From Pseudomonadota bacterium (GTDB lineage: Bacteria; Pseudomonadota; Gammaproteobacteria; Burkholderiales; Gallionellaceae), in contig JAJZTF010000003.1 of assembly GCA_021821945.1 (NCBI GenBank), positions 67,615 to 131,614 on the forward strand: 64,000 bases of DNA. Direction: 5' to 3'. Position numbers and translations under genes: made by a program. Under the pieces are notes generated by a model. The model saw nothing but the letters and a program-made list of their open reading frames with translations, did no database searches and had not been told where the DNA came from. Below, in pieces: positions 44,952 to 53,382 of the stretch (its first letter is position 1; each line of letters begins with the position of its first letter).

Positions 44952-45980
44952 ATGAAACTACGCATCGCATTGCTGTTTGCATTGGCTTTTGGATTTGCAG
45001 GCGCTGCAAATGCCGCTGGCGAGATCGTCATCAAGTTCAGCCATGTGGTCGCCCCGGACACGCCCAAGGGGCAGGCTGCCGAAAGATTCAAGCAGCTTGC
45101 GGAGAAGCTGACCAGGGGGCGCGTCAAGGTCGAGGTCTATCCCAACAGCCAGCTATACAAGGATCGCGAGGAGATCGAGGCGCTGCAAAGCGGCGCCGTG
45201 CAGATGCTGGCACCTTCCCTTGCCAAGTTCGGTCCCATGGGCGCGCGCGAATTCGAGCTCTTCGATCTTCCCTATCTTTTCCCCGACCAGGAAGTGCTGC
45301 ACCGCGTGATGGATGGCGATGTGGGCAGGAAGCTCTTTGCAAAGCTGGACGCCAAGGGCGTGACGGGGCTTGCCTTCTGGGACAACGGCTTCAAGCAGAT
45401 GAGCTCGAACAGGCCGATGCACAGGGTGTCCGATTTTTCCGGACTCAAGATGCGCATACAATCCTCCAAGGTGCTGAGCGCACAGATGAAGGCGCTGGGC
45501 GCGAATCCCCAGGTGATGGCGTTCAGCGAAGTCTATACCGCACTGCAGCAGGGTGTGGTGGACGGCACGGAAAATCCCGTTTCCAATTTCTACACGCAGA
45601 AGATGAACGAGGTGCAAAAGCACATGACCATCTCCAACCATGGTTATCTTGGCTATGCGGTGATCGTCAACAAGAAGTTCTGGGAAGCACTGCCTGCCGA
45701 TGTGCGAGGGCAGCTGACGGAGGCGATGAAGGAATCGACCGAGTTTGAGCGCGCCATCGCCCAGAAGGACAACGACGATGCGCTGGCCAAGGTGATCGCG
45801 GCCAAGACCACCACCGTCTATCAGCTGACGCCGGCAGAGCGCGCCGAATGGCAGAAAGTGCTGCTGCCGCTGCAGAAGGAATTCGCGCCGGTGATAGGCG
45901 CGGATTTGATAAGCAGCGTGAATGCGATCGCAGCGCAATATGAAAAGGAAAAGGCCGCAAAGCCCGCGAAGAAGATCTGA
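44952..45980 (+). CDS. dctP: TRAP transporter periplasmic solute-binding protein, DctP family
   Basis: It has a signal peptide and IKFSHVVAPDTPKGQAAERFK. Confidence 0.85.
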   Translation: MKLRIALLFALAFGFAGAANAAGEIVIKFSHVVAPDTPKGQAAERFKQLAEKLTRGRVKVEVYPNSQLYKDREEIEALQSGAVQMLAPSLAKFGPMGAREFELFDLPYLFPDQEVLHRVMDGDVGRKLFAKLDAKGVTGLAFWDNGFKQMSSNRPMHRVSDFSGLKMRIQSSKVLSAQMKALGANPQVMAFSEVYTALQQGVVDGTENPVSNFYTQKMNEVQKHMTISNHGYLGYAVIVNKKFWEALPADVRGQLTEAMKESTEFERAIAQKDNDDALAKVIAAKTTTVYQLTPAERAEWQKVLLPLQKEFAPVIGADLISSVNAIAAQYEKEKAAKPAKKI

Positions 45981-45987
45981 CGCCTTT

Positions 45988-46494
45988 ATGATCAACCGCC
46001 TGCTCAATCGCCTCGAGGAATTCCTGATCGCGAGCTTCATGGCGATCGCTACGCTGGTGACCTTCGCCGCAGTGGCGATGCGCTATACGACGGGAACAGG
46101 AATAGACTGGGCACAGGAACTCACCATCTATCTCTTCATCTGGATGGCCAAGTTCGGCGCGGCCTATGGCGTGCGCACCGGCATACACATAGGCGTGGAT
46201 TTCCTGGTCAACTGGGTGCGCCCCTCGATACGCAGAATGATGGTCATCGCGGCACTTTCCCTGGGCGCAATCTTCACCGGCGCCATCGCCTTCTTCGGCG
46301 CGCGCTGGGTGATCTTCATCCACGGCACGGGGCAGGTGTCTCCTGACATGGAGATGCCGATGTGGATCGTCTATCTCGCGATCCCCTTCGGATCGGGGCT
46401 CATGTGCTACCGCTTCATCCAGGTGCTTGCGGGTTTCATCAGGCACGGCGAACTGCCTATCCACAGCTTCGGCACCGACGAGGCGGCTGCATGA
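45988..46494 (+). CDS. dctQ: TRAP transporter small permease
   Basis: Internal Met of ORF 45922-46494. About 168 aa with 4 TM segments. Confidence 0.8.
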   Translation: MINRLLNRLEEFLIASFMAIATLVTFAAVAMRYTTGTGIDWAQELTIYLFIWMAKFGAAYGVRTGIHIGVDFLVNWVRPSIRRMMVIAALSLGAIFTGAIAFFGARWVIFIHGTGQVSPDMEMPMWIVYLAIPFGSGLMCYRFIQVLAGFIRHGELPIHSFGTDEAAA

Positions 46495-47780
46495 CTGCGC
46501 TCGTCATCATTGCAATCCTGCTGGTCTTGCTGCTCACCAGCACGCCTATCTCGATCGCGCTGGGAACCACGGTCCTGATCTATCTCCTTGCATTCTCGTC
46601 GTTCTCCATGGACACCGTCAACATCATTTCGCAGCGGCTGTTCACGGGACTCGAAAGCTTCTCCATCATGGCCGTGCCCTTCTTCGTGCTTTCCGGCCAG
46701 TTCCTGATCGACGGGAAGATCGCCGCGCGCATCGTGCGCTTCGCATCCAACCTGGTGGGCTTCCTGCCTGGCGGCATCGCGATGGCGGCCGTTCTGGCCT
46801 GCGCGTTTTTCGCGACCATCTCGGGTTCCAGCCCCGCGACCGTGATGGCGATAGGATCGGTGATGCTGCCCGCGATGGTCAAGGCGGGCTATCCCAAGCG
46901 TTTCGCCGTGGGTGTGATCACGACTTCGGGTTCTCTTGGCATCCTGATCCCGCCCTCCATCGTGATGATCATATACGCGGTCGCCACCTCGGAGAGCGCG
47001 GGCAGGATGTTCATCGCCGGCATCGTGCCCGGCCTGCTGCTCGCCGCTATCATGATGGCGCTGGTCTTCGTGCAGGCCAAACGCAGGCATTTCCCGACCG
47101 CACAAAAACCCGATGCAAAGGAATTCTGGCTTTCGCTCAGGGATGCGCTGGGCGGCATCTTTCTCGTCGTGATCGTCATAGGCGGCATCTACGGCGGCAT
47201 CTTCACGCCCACCGAGGCTGCCGCGGTCGCGGCGGTCTATGCGTTCATCGCGGCCAAGTTCTTCTATCGCGACCTTAGCTGGCGGCAGGTTCCAAAGTCG
47301 CTACTGGGCGCTGCCAATACCAGCGCGATGCTGCTCTACATCATCACAAACGCGATCCTCTTCTCGTTCCTGATGACCTCCGAGCAGATCCCCCAGGCGA
47401 TGTCGCAGTGGGTGATAGACCAGCATCTTCAGCCCTGGATGTTCCTGCTGATGGTGAATCTTGCGCTCCTCGCGGCAGGCCAGTTCATGGAGCCGACATC
47501 CATCGTGCTGATCCTGGCGCCGCTCTTTCTGCCGATTGCAAGGACGCTGGGCATAGATCCGATACACTTGGGCATCATCATGGTGGTGAACATGGAGATC
47601 GGCATGATCCATCCGCCTGTGGGTCTGAACCTCTTCGTCGCAAGCCACCTTGCAAGGGAGGGGCTGACCGAGGTGTCGATCGCGACGCTGCCCTGGGTGG
47701 GCGTGATGCTGGTCTATCTTGCGCTGATCACCTATGTGCCGGCGATCTCGACCTGGCTGCCGCATCTGCTGTACAGGTAG
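46491..47780 (+). CDS. dctM: TRAP transporter large permease
   Basis: Internal Met of ORF 46362-47780, forming an ATGA overlap with dctQ. About 429 aa, polytopic. Confidence 0.85.
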   Translation: MTALVIIAILLVLLLTSTPISIALGTTVLIYLLAFSSFSMDTVNIISQRLFTGLESFSIMAVPFFVLSGQFLIDGKIAARIVRFASNLVGFLPGGIAMAAVLACAFFATISGSSPATVMAIGSVMLPAMVKAGYPKRFAVGVITTSGSLGILIPPSIVMIIYAVATSESAGRMFIAGIVPGLLLAAIMMALVFVQAKRRHFPTAQKPDAKEFWLSLRDALGGIFLVVIVIGGIYGGIFTPTEAAAVAAVYAFIAAKFFYRDLSWRQVPKSLLGAANTSAMLLYIITNAILFSFLMTSEQIPQAMSQWVIDQHLQPWMFLLMVNLALLAAGQFMEPTSIVLILAPLFLPIARTLGIDPIHLGIIMVVNMEIGMIHPPVGLNLFVASHLAREGLTEVSIATLPWVGVMLVYLALITYVPAISTWLPHLLYR

Positions 47781-47784
47781 CCCA

Positions 47785-48369
47785 TCAGTCGAGATCGTCC
47801 TCCAGCGAGTCGCGCACTTCCTTCTGCAGCACAGTCTGCGCCTGATAGTGGGGATGGTCTATGCCGGCGCTTATCGCCGCACCCTGTTTGACGGCATTGA
47901 TCATTCCGGGCGTGAGCTCGAATCGCAAGAAGTGCACCGCCGAGGTCTTGCCCTCCGTCTCTCTGTCCATGTCCTCGTTCGCGATCGCATACACCCGCCC
48001 GTATTCTCCGATCTCCATCCAGACCTTCTTCTCGATCCCCGCAAGGCGCAGCAGTTCTTGGCGTCTTTCTTCGGGATCCTCGTATTCGATCATGAAGGTC
48101 GCCTTCCAGTTGGTGCCGTCGGGGATCAGCGGGTTGTAGACCTCGAGCTCCTGTTCTATGCCGCCTGCATCGAAGATGCGCTCAAGCCGGAGCATTTCCT
48201 GGACCTGATACTGCATGGTCAGGCTGTCCTCGAAATGCAGCGTTGCGTGTTCTCCGAGCCCGACTCTGCGGCTTTCCTTGTGCTCGATCACGGTCATGCG
48301 GAATTCCGGCCGGATGCGCGAGTACTGTTCCAGGCTGAAAAGTGTTTCCCTCTTCAATGGCATGTTCAT
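47785..48369 (-). CDS. DUF3501-family protein
   Basis: Internal Met of ORF 47785-48669 (MNMPLKRETLFSLEQY...). It forms an ATGA-type overlap with the upstream Fe-S gene. Confidence 0.6.
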   Translation of the reverse strand: MNMPLKRETLFSLEQYSRIRPEFRMTVIEHKESRRVGLGEHATLHFEDSLTMQYQVQEMLRLERIFDAGGIEQELEVYNPLIPDGTNWKATFMIEYEDPEERRQELLRLAGIEKKVWMEIGEYGRVYAIANEDMDRETEGKTSAVHFLRFELTPGMINAVKQGAAISAGIDHPHYQAQTVLQKEVRDSLEDDLD

Positions 48370-49694
48370 ATTCCGTAGGCCTTTCTCAATAGGGTGATGG
48401 GATGCTCTGGCGCTCTTCCATCCTTGAGTGCGTTTTCGATATGGTGGCCCGCCATCGCACAGTCGCTGCCGAAGTGCTGTGCATCGGCATTCTTCACGCG
48501 ATCCGCCACGGGCCTCACGATCCTCATCGCATGCTCGTGAAACTCCTTCTTCACCGCATAGGTACCGTCGTGTCCGGAACAGCGTTCTATGATCTCGACC
48601 GTGGTCGCGGGAACGAGTGACAGTGCCTCGCGCGTCTTCTGTCCGATGTTCTGCACGCGCTGGTGGCATGCCGCATGGTAGGCGATGTTCCCAAGAGGCT
48701 GCTTGAAGTCGGTCTTGAGGAGGCCCTCCCTGTGGCGCAGCATCAGATACTCGAAGGGATCGAAGAAGGCCTCCTTCACCTTCCGCACGTCGGGATCGTC
48801 CGGATACATCAGCGGGAGCTCCTGCTTGAACATCAGCACGCAGGAAGGAACCAGCGCGGTCAGGTCCCAGCCCTCATCGACGAGCCTTGAGAGCAGCGGG
48901 ATGTTGTGCTCCTTGGCCCTGGCCACCGATTCGAGGTCTCCGAGTTCCAGCTTGGGCATGCCGCAGCAGCGTTCCTTTCCGGCAAGCCTGACTGGAATGC
49001 CGTTGTGCTCGAACACTTCGACAAGATCGAGGCCGGGCCCAGGCTCGTTGCGGTTCATGTAGCAGGTTGCGAAGAGCGCGATCCTTCCCCTGGTCCTGCC
49101 GGCGGAGACTGCCATGTTCTCGCTTCTGTGGGATGACAGGCGGCTCTGCAGGGACCTGCTGTGATATTCCGGAACCCATGCCTCCGCGTGTACCCCCGCG
49201 ACGGTTTCCAGCGCCTTGCGCGCCCAGCCCATCTTGTTTGCCGCATTGACTGCCTGGGCCACGACGGGGATGCCCGCGATGCTGCCCACTGCATCGGTGC
49301 TGGTCAGCATCCTGTCCCTGAGCCTGACTTTCCCGCTTCTGAATTTCACGGCCTTGGCCCTCAGCATCAGATGGGGGAAGTCCACATTCCACGCATGGGG
49401 AGGAACATAGGGACATTTGGTCATGTAGCAGAGATCGCAGAGATAGCAGTGATCCACGACCTTGATGTAGTCCGACTTTGCGACTCCGTCCACTTCCATC
49501 GTCGAGGATTCGTCCACGAGGTCGAAAAGCGTCGGAAACGACTGGCAAAGGCTCACGCAGCGGCGGCAGCCGTGACAGATTTCGAAGACGCGTTCCAGTT
49601 CCCTGTCGAGCGATTCCCCGTCGTAGAAGTCGGGGCTCTTCCAGTCCAGCGCATGACGAGTGGGCGCCTCAAGATTGCCTTCGCGAGCAGCCAT
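48366..49694 (-). CDS. Heterodisulfide-reductase-related (HdrD/GlpC-like) Fe-S protein with two 4Fe-4S motifs and CCG domains
   Basis: Internal Met of ORF 48366-49940 (MAAREGNLEAP). Motifs seen: CHGCRRCVSLC, CYLCDLCYMTKCP, and the CCG motif in KERCCGMP. Confidence 0.75.
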   Translation of the reverse strand: MAAREGNLEAPTRHALDWKSPDFYDGESLDRELERVFEICHGCRRCVSLCQSFPTLFDLVDESSTMEVDGVAKSDYIKVVDHCYLCDLCYMTKCPYVPPHAWNVDFPHLMLRAKAVKFRSGKVRLRDRMLTSTDAVGSIAGIPVVAQAVNAANKMGWARKALETVAGVHAEAWVPEYHSRSLQSRLSSHRSENMAVSAGRTRGRIALFATCYMNRNEPGPGLDLVEVFEHNGIPVRLAGKERCCGMPKLELGDLESVARAKEHNIPLLSRLVDEGWDLTALVPSCVLMFKQELPLMYPDDPDVRKVKEAFFDPFEYLMLRHREGLLKTDFKQPLGNIAYHAACHQRVQNIGQKTREALSLVPATTVEIIERCSGHDGTYAVKKEFHEHAMRIVRPVADRVKNADAQHFGSDCAMAGHHIENALKDGRAPEHPITLLRKAYGI

Positions 49695-49714
49695 GGCATC
49701 TTCCCTGTCAGGGT

Positions 49715-50134
49715 TCAGGACTTGAATTCGTTGAGCGCCTTCTGGTAACGGTTCGCGTGGGAACGCTCGGCCTTCGCGAGCGTCTCGAACCAGTCTGCCA
49801 CCTCGCTGAAACCCTCCTCGCGCGCGGTCTTGGCCATGCCGGGATACATGTCGGTATATTCGTGCGTCTCGCCTGCGACGGCGCTCTTGAGGTTGTCTTC
49901 GGTGCTTCCGAACGGCAGGCCTGTCGCGGGGTCTCCGCACTGCTCGAGATATTCCAGGTGGCCATGCGCATGGCCCGTCTCGCCTTCCGCAGTGGATCTG
50001 AAGAGTGCCGAGACATCGTTGTAGCCTTCGATGTCAGCCTTGGCCGCAAAATAGAGGTAGCGGCGGTTGGCCATGGATTCGCCGGCGAAGGCGTCTTTCA
50101 GGGATTGCTCGGTCTTGCTTCCTTTCAGTTTCAT
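49715..50134 (-). CDS. Rubrerythrin-family diiron protein (no rubredoxin domain)
   Basis: 139 aa with a ferritin-like fold. ExxH pairs are seen in [11 protein letters not shown]...[10 protein letters not shown]...ETHEY...AERSHANRY. Confidence 0.8.
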   Translation of the reverse strand: MKLKGSKTEQSLKDAFAGESMANRRYLYFAAKADIEGYNDVSALFRSTAEGETGHAHGHLEYLEQCGDPATGLPFGSTEDNLKSAVAGETHEYTDMYPGMAKTAREEGFSEVADWFETLAKAERSHANRYQKALNEFKS

Positions 50135-50284
50135 GATATTTCCCCTCGGTTAAATAATTAAACGATAGAACCACCATAAACCACGGTTACAGCCTTGCGA
50201 TTTGAATTGCCTTGATTTGACTGCTTGATGAAGCTGCATTCTACCACCTGAAAGGTGGCTTGCAATAGCCTGGCCAGGAATGGA

Positions 50285-50536
50285 TCAGACCGATCCGATC
50301 AGCGCGAGCTTTTCGGCACGCGTGAGCTTCTTGATTTCCATCTCGCGCCTCAAAGCGGAAGAACGGTCTGCACAATATTCATGGAACACCAGCGCAACCG
50401 GTCTGCGCGCGCGGGTGTACTTCGCCCCTGTTCCTTCGTTGTGCGCATGGAGGCGTTTTTCGATGTCGGTGGTGATGCCGCAGTACAGCGTGCCGTCGGC
50501 GCATTGCAGCATGTAGCACAGCCAGTCAGAGGACAT
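50285..50536 (-). CDS. GIY-YIG nuclease-domain protein (UPF0213)
   Basis: 83 aa containing CYMLQCADGTLYCGITTDIEKRLHAHN. Confidence 0.8.
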   Translation of the reverse strand: MSSDWLCYMLQCADGTLYCGITTDIEKRLHAHNEGTGAKYTRARRPVALVFHEYCADRSSALRREMEIKKLTRAEKLALIGSV

Positions 50537-50607
50537 TGCATGTTTCCGTTCGGTCGGGGCATGGGCATTCTACGGCGATATGAATGTGCGCGCCAATCCT
50601 TGGGTCG

Positions 50608-51300
50608 TTACAGCGCCTTACAGATCGTGACCAGCGACGTGCCGGTGTCGGTATAGCTGCCGCTCATCGCCGCGGTCTGTATGGGGTCTGGTGATGCCGT
50701 GAGCTGGGCGCGTATGCTGCCGGTGTTGGGTATGCCATCGTCGAGTTGCCGGTCGACCGCTGCGGCCACCCTGTCGGAAAGCCCTGAAGAGCAGATCATG
50801 AAGCCCGTGAATCCGGTGCCTGCGCCGTTGCTTTGCAGCACTTCACCCGGGGGGATCGCGCCGTTTCCGGTCTGTACGCCCAGGATGCCGCCTGCCGCAT
50901 TGAGCGGCTGCAATGCGGAAGCGGCAGAACCCGTCACGAGGCCTGCTGCCCTGAGATGCATCCAGAAATATTGCGATTCGATGGCGGCAGCACCCGTCGC
51001 ATTGTATGCCCCAGAGATGGTGCCATCGCTGTTGCCGCTCGCATTTGCCGGCAATGCAGGCCATCGCGCATTCGCCTGGCTGTCGTCGCCTGGCAGCGCC
51101 TTGTAGCGGTCGAGATAGGCATAATAGGCGGCGGTGATGCCGGAGAGATCGTTGATCGCGGACTTGATCCTGCCCTGCGTGATCATCTCCTGTCCCTTGA
51201 ATACGCCACCCAGAAGAAGGCCGATGATCACCAGCACGATCGCGATCTCGACCAGCGTGAAGCCCCGGTTTCCAGGCCTTGCGGTCAGATCTTCATGCAT
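50608..51300 (-). CDS. Prepilin-type (type IV pilin-like) protein, copy 1
   Basis: Leader MHEDLTARPGNRG, then FTLVEIAIVLVIIGLLLGG (class III signal with Glu+5). It has a C-terminal Cys pair. Confidence 0.8.
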   Translation of the reverse strand: MHEDLTARPGNRGFTLVEIAIVLVIIGLLLGGVFKGQEMITQGRIKSAINDLSGITAAYYAYLDRYKALPGDDSQANARWPALPANASGNSDGTISGAYNATGAAAIESQYFWMHLRAAGLVTGSAASALQPLNAAGGILGVQTGNGAIPPGEVLQSNGAGTGFTGFMICSSGLSDRVAAAVDRQLDDGIPNTGSIRAQLTASPDPIQTAAMSGSYTDTGTSLVTICKAL

Positions 51301-51959
51301 AGCGTGTGCAGCTCGTCAGGAGAGGCCGGGGCCGCAGCACCCTTGCCGTAGACCAGCGAGGCAGCGGTCGCAGTCGCATCGTTGGGCGTGGTGCTCGCTG
51401 CCCCCGTCCTGACATTGCCCGTGTCGCTGTTCCCGTCATCTATCATGAGATCGACCGCCTGGGCGATCTTCCAGGGTATGCTGCCAGCGCACACCACCGG
51501 TCCCGTCATGCCGTATATCGCGGCGGCACTCCCGTCCTGAACGCCCAGAAGCCCTCCCATCGCATTGGTGCCGGCAGGCGCAGTGTTGCCGGTCGCGGGG
51601 CCAGACAGGAAACCTGCCATGCGCGCATGCTGCCAGAACGCCTGGCTTTCCGTGCTGATGGTCGCATTGTTGTCGGTATATGCGCCGCTGATGATGCCGT
51701 CCCCGTTTCCATCATAGGCGGCCTGACCGAGATGGCTGGCGGCTGCGCTGTCGTCTCCGGGTATCGCCTTGTAGCGGTCCTGGTAGGAATAGTACGCCGC
51801 GGACACGCCCTTAAGGTCGTTGACGAGATTCTTGGCCTTGGCGTTCTGTATCATCTCCTGTCCCTTGAAGACGGCGGCAAGCAGCAGCCCGATGATGACC
51901 AGCACGATGGCGAGTTCGACCAGCGTGAAACCGGATGGTGAATTCCTGACAGTCCGCAT
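51285..51959 (-). CDS. Prepilin-type (type IV pilin-like) protein, copy 2
   Basis: Internal Met of ORF 51285-52190, preceded by AAGGAGA. Leader MRTVRNSPSG, then FTLVELAIVLVIIGLLLAA. It is a paralogue of copy 1. Confidence 0.8.
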   Translation of the reverse strand: MRTVRNSPSGFTLVELAIVLVIIGLLLAAVFKGQEMIQNAKAKNLVNDLKGVSAAYYSYQDRYKAIPGDDSAAASHLGQAAYDGNGDGIISGAYTDNNATISTESQAFWQHARMAGFLSGPATGNTAPAGTNAMGGLLGVQDGSAAAIYGMTGPVVCAGSIPWKIAQAVDLMIDDGNSDTGNVRTGAASTTPNDATATAASLVYGKGAAAPASPDELHTLCMKI

Positions 51960-52030
51960 GTCATTCTCCTTGTCGTTTGATGGTTGAAGGACTGTATGAT
52001 TTGAAGGGCCTGGAGAGAAGTAAAAAGGTT

Positions 52031-52648
52031 TTACACCGATTGCGAACGGCTCGGGCGTATGCCGTATTTTTTCAGGTAGTAGTAGAGGTTCTCCCGCACA
52101 AGTCCCAGGCGCCTCGCGGTTTCCGATACATTGCCGTTCGTGCCGGAAAGCGTGTTGCGGATGATCAGTTCCTCGACCGCCTCCGCGCATTCGCGCGGCC
52201 CGTCGGATATCTTTATCGTGACGTGCAGCCTGGCCTCACCCGATTCGGAAAGCCTTGCTTCATGGTGCAGAAAAAGGGAGGCGCGCCTGGTCGCGGACTT
52301 GATGTCGCCGAGGTCAGAAGGCTTGGTCAGGAAATCGAATGCGCCCCGGCGCACGGCCTCGAATGCCGCGTCTTCATGGCCGGTTATTGCGATGATCTTG
52401 CTTCCCGGGGAATCCGCCAGCAGGGCGTCTATCAGAAAGAGCCCTTCGCTGATTTCATGCCTCGCCGGTGGCAGGCCCATGTCCAGCAGCACGATCATAG
52501 GTTGATGATGGCATGCCAGCGCCTCGGTCCGGTTATGCGCGCTGTGCACCCGATAGCCTTCGATCGCCATGACCTGCGAGAGATGGCTGCAAACCGGCTC
52601 GTCGTCCTCGACGATGAGCAGCTCGCGATGGGGCATGGAATCCTTCAT
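52031..52648 (-). CDS. Response regulator: REC plus Fis-type HTH (ActR/RegA-like architecture, no AAA+ domain)
   Basis: 205 aa. REC motifs seen: IVEDDE, LLDMGLPP, ITGHED and LTKP. The C-terminal NGNVSETARRLGLVRENLYYYLKKYG is an HTH_8. Confidence 0.75.
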   Translation of the reverse strand: MKDSMPHRELLIVEDDEPVCSHLSQVMAIEGYRVHSAHNRTEALACHHQPMIVLLDMGLPPARHEISEGLFLIDALLADSPGSKIIAITGHEDAAFEAVRRGAFDFLTKPSDLGDIKSATRRASLFLHHEARLSESGEARLHVTIKISDGPRECAEAVEELIIRNTLSGTNGNVSETARRLGLVRENLYYYLKKYGIRPSRSQSV

Positions 52649-53382
52649 GGCAGCCTTCCTGCCTGAACCAGGCGGTTGAAAAGCGCATACTGGGAAAGCC
52701 AGATGACCTGATCGTCGAAGTAGCCGCCGGCGGCTCCCGGCGGGGAGGCTGTATGGCTCACGAAATTGACGGTGATGTCGGCATTGGCCAGTTCATTGGC
52801 GCCATTCGGCATGGGGTTGGGAAGTCCTGCCGAGTTGATCGCACTCATGCCGTTTTTGCCGTGAGAGAGTATTATGGCCGGGACATTCAGCGCGATGCTG
52901 TTCCCGCCAGATGCGGCATCCAGTATGTTGATGTCACCCATATAGGAGAGCTGCATGCCTGCATTGCGGTTGGAGAAGTTGCCGCTTACCCGGTAGCGCA
53001 GGCGGTTGGCCCATGCGTCGGACTGCGGTGTCAGCCCCAGCGTGACCCAGGGCAGATTGCCTTCCTGCGTGTCGCAGGCGCCGGTAGCGGCATTGCGGTC
53101 TTCCTGCCCGTCGTTGGCGACATTGCCAGCCGAAACCGAAGCTCCCGGCCTTGCGTCGGGGCAGGGCAGGTAAGGGCGCCCGTCGCCCGTCGCCGCATGG
53201 GAGAGCGCATAGCCTAGCACCATCTCGCGCGCATCGATCAGCCTGTCGTGCGTGTCTTCGACATGGCGCTGTTCGAGTTCGCTGGAAAGCAGGCTGAGTC
53301 CGGTTCCCAGGAGGAGCGCCAGCATGAACAGCGCGATGGCCATCTCGATCAGGGTGAATCCGCTGTCAGGCAGTATCTTCAT
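52645..53382 (-). CDS. Minor pseudopilin-like protein with prepilin N-terminus and a YLPCPD module
   Basis: Internal Met of ORF 52645-53442 (MKILPDSG then FTLIEMAIALFML). It forms ATGA overlaps on both sides. Confidence 0.7.
   Translation of the reverse strand: MKILPDSGFTLIEMAIALFMLALLLGTGLSLLSSELEQRHVEDTHDRLIDAREMVLGYALSHAATGDGRPYLPCPDARPGASVSAGNVANDGQEDRNAATGACDTQEGNLPWVTLGLTPQSDAWANRLRYRVSGNFSNRNAGMQLSYMGDINILDAASGGNSIALNVPAIILSHGKNGMSAINSAGLPNPMPNGANELANADITVNFVSHTASPPGAAGGYFDDQVIWLSQYALFNRLVQAGRLP

Noticed and set aside
50245-50259. Hairpin CCACC-tgaaa-GGTGG downstream of the GIY-YIG gene, considered as a terminator
   Set aside because: The stem is only 5 bp, and no U-tract follows on the relevant strand.
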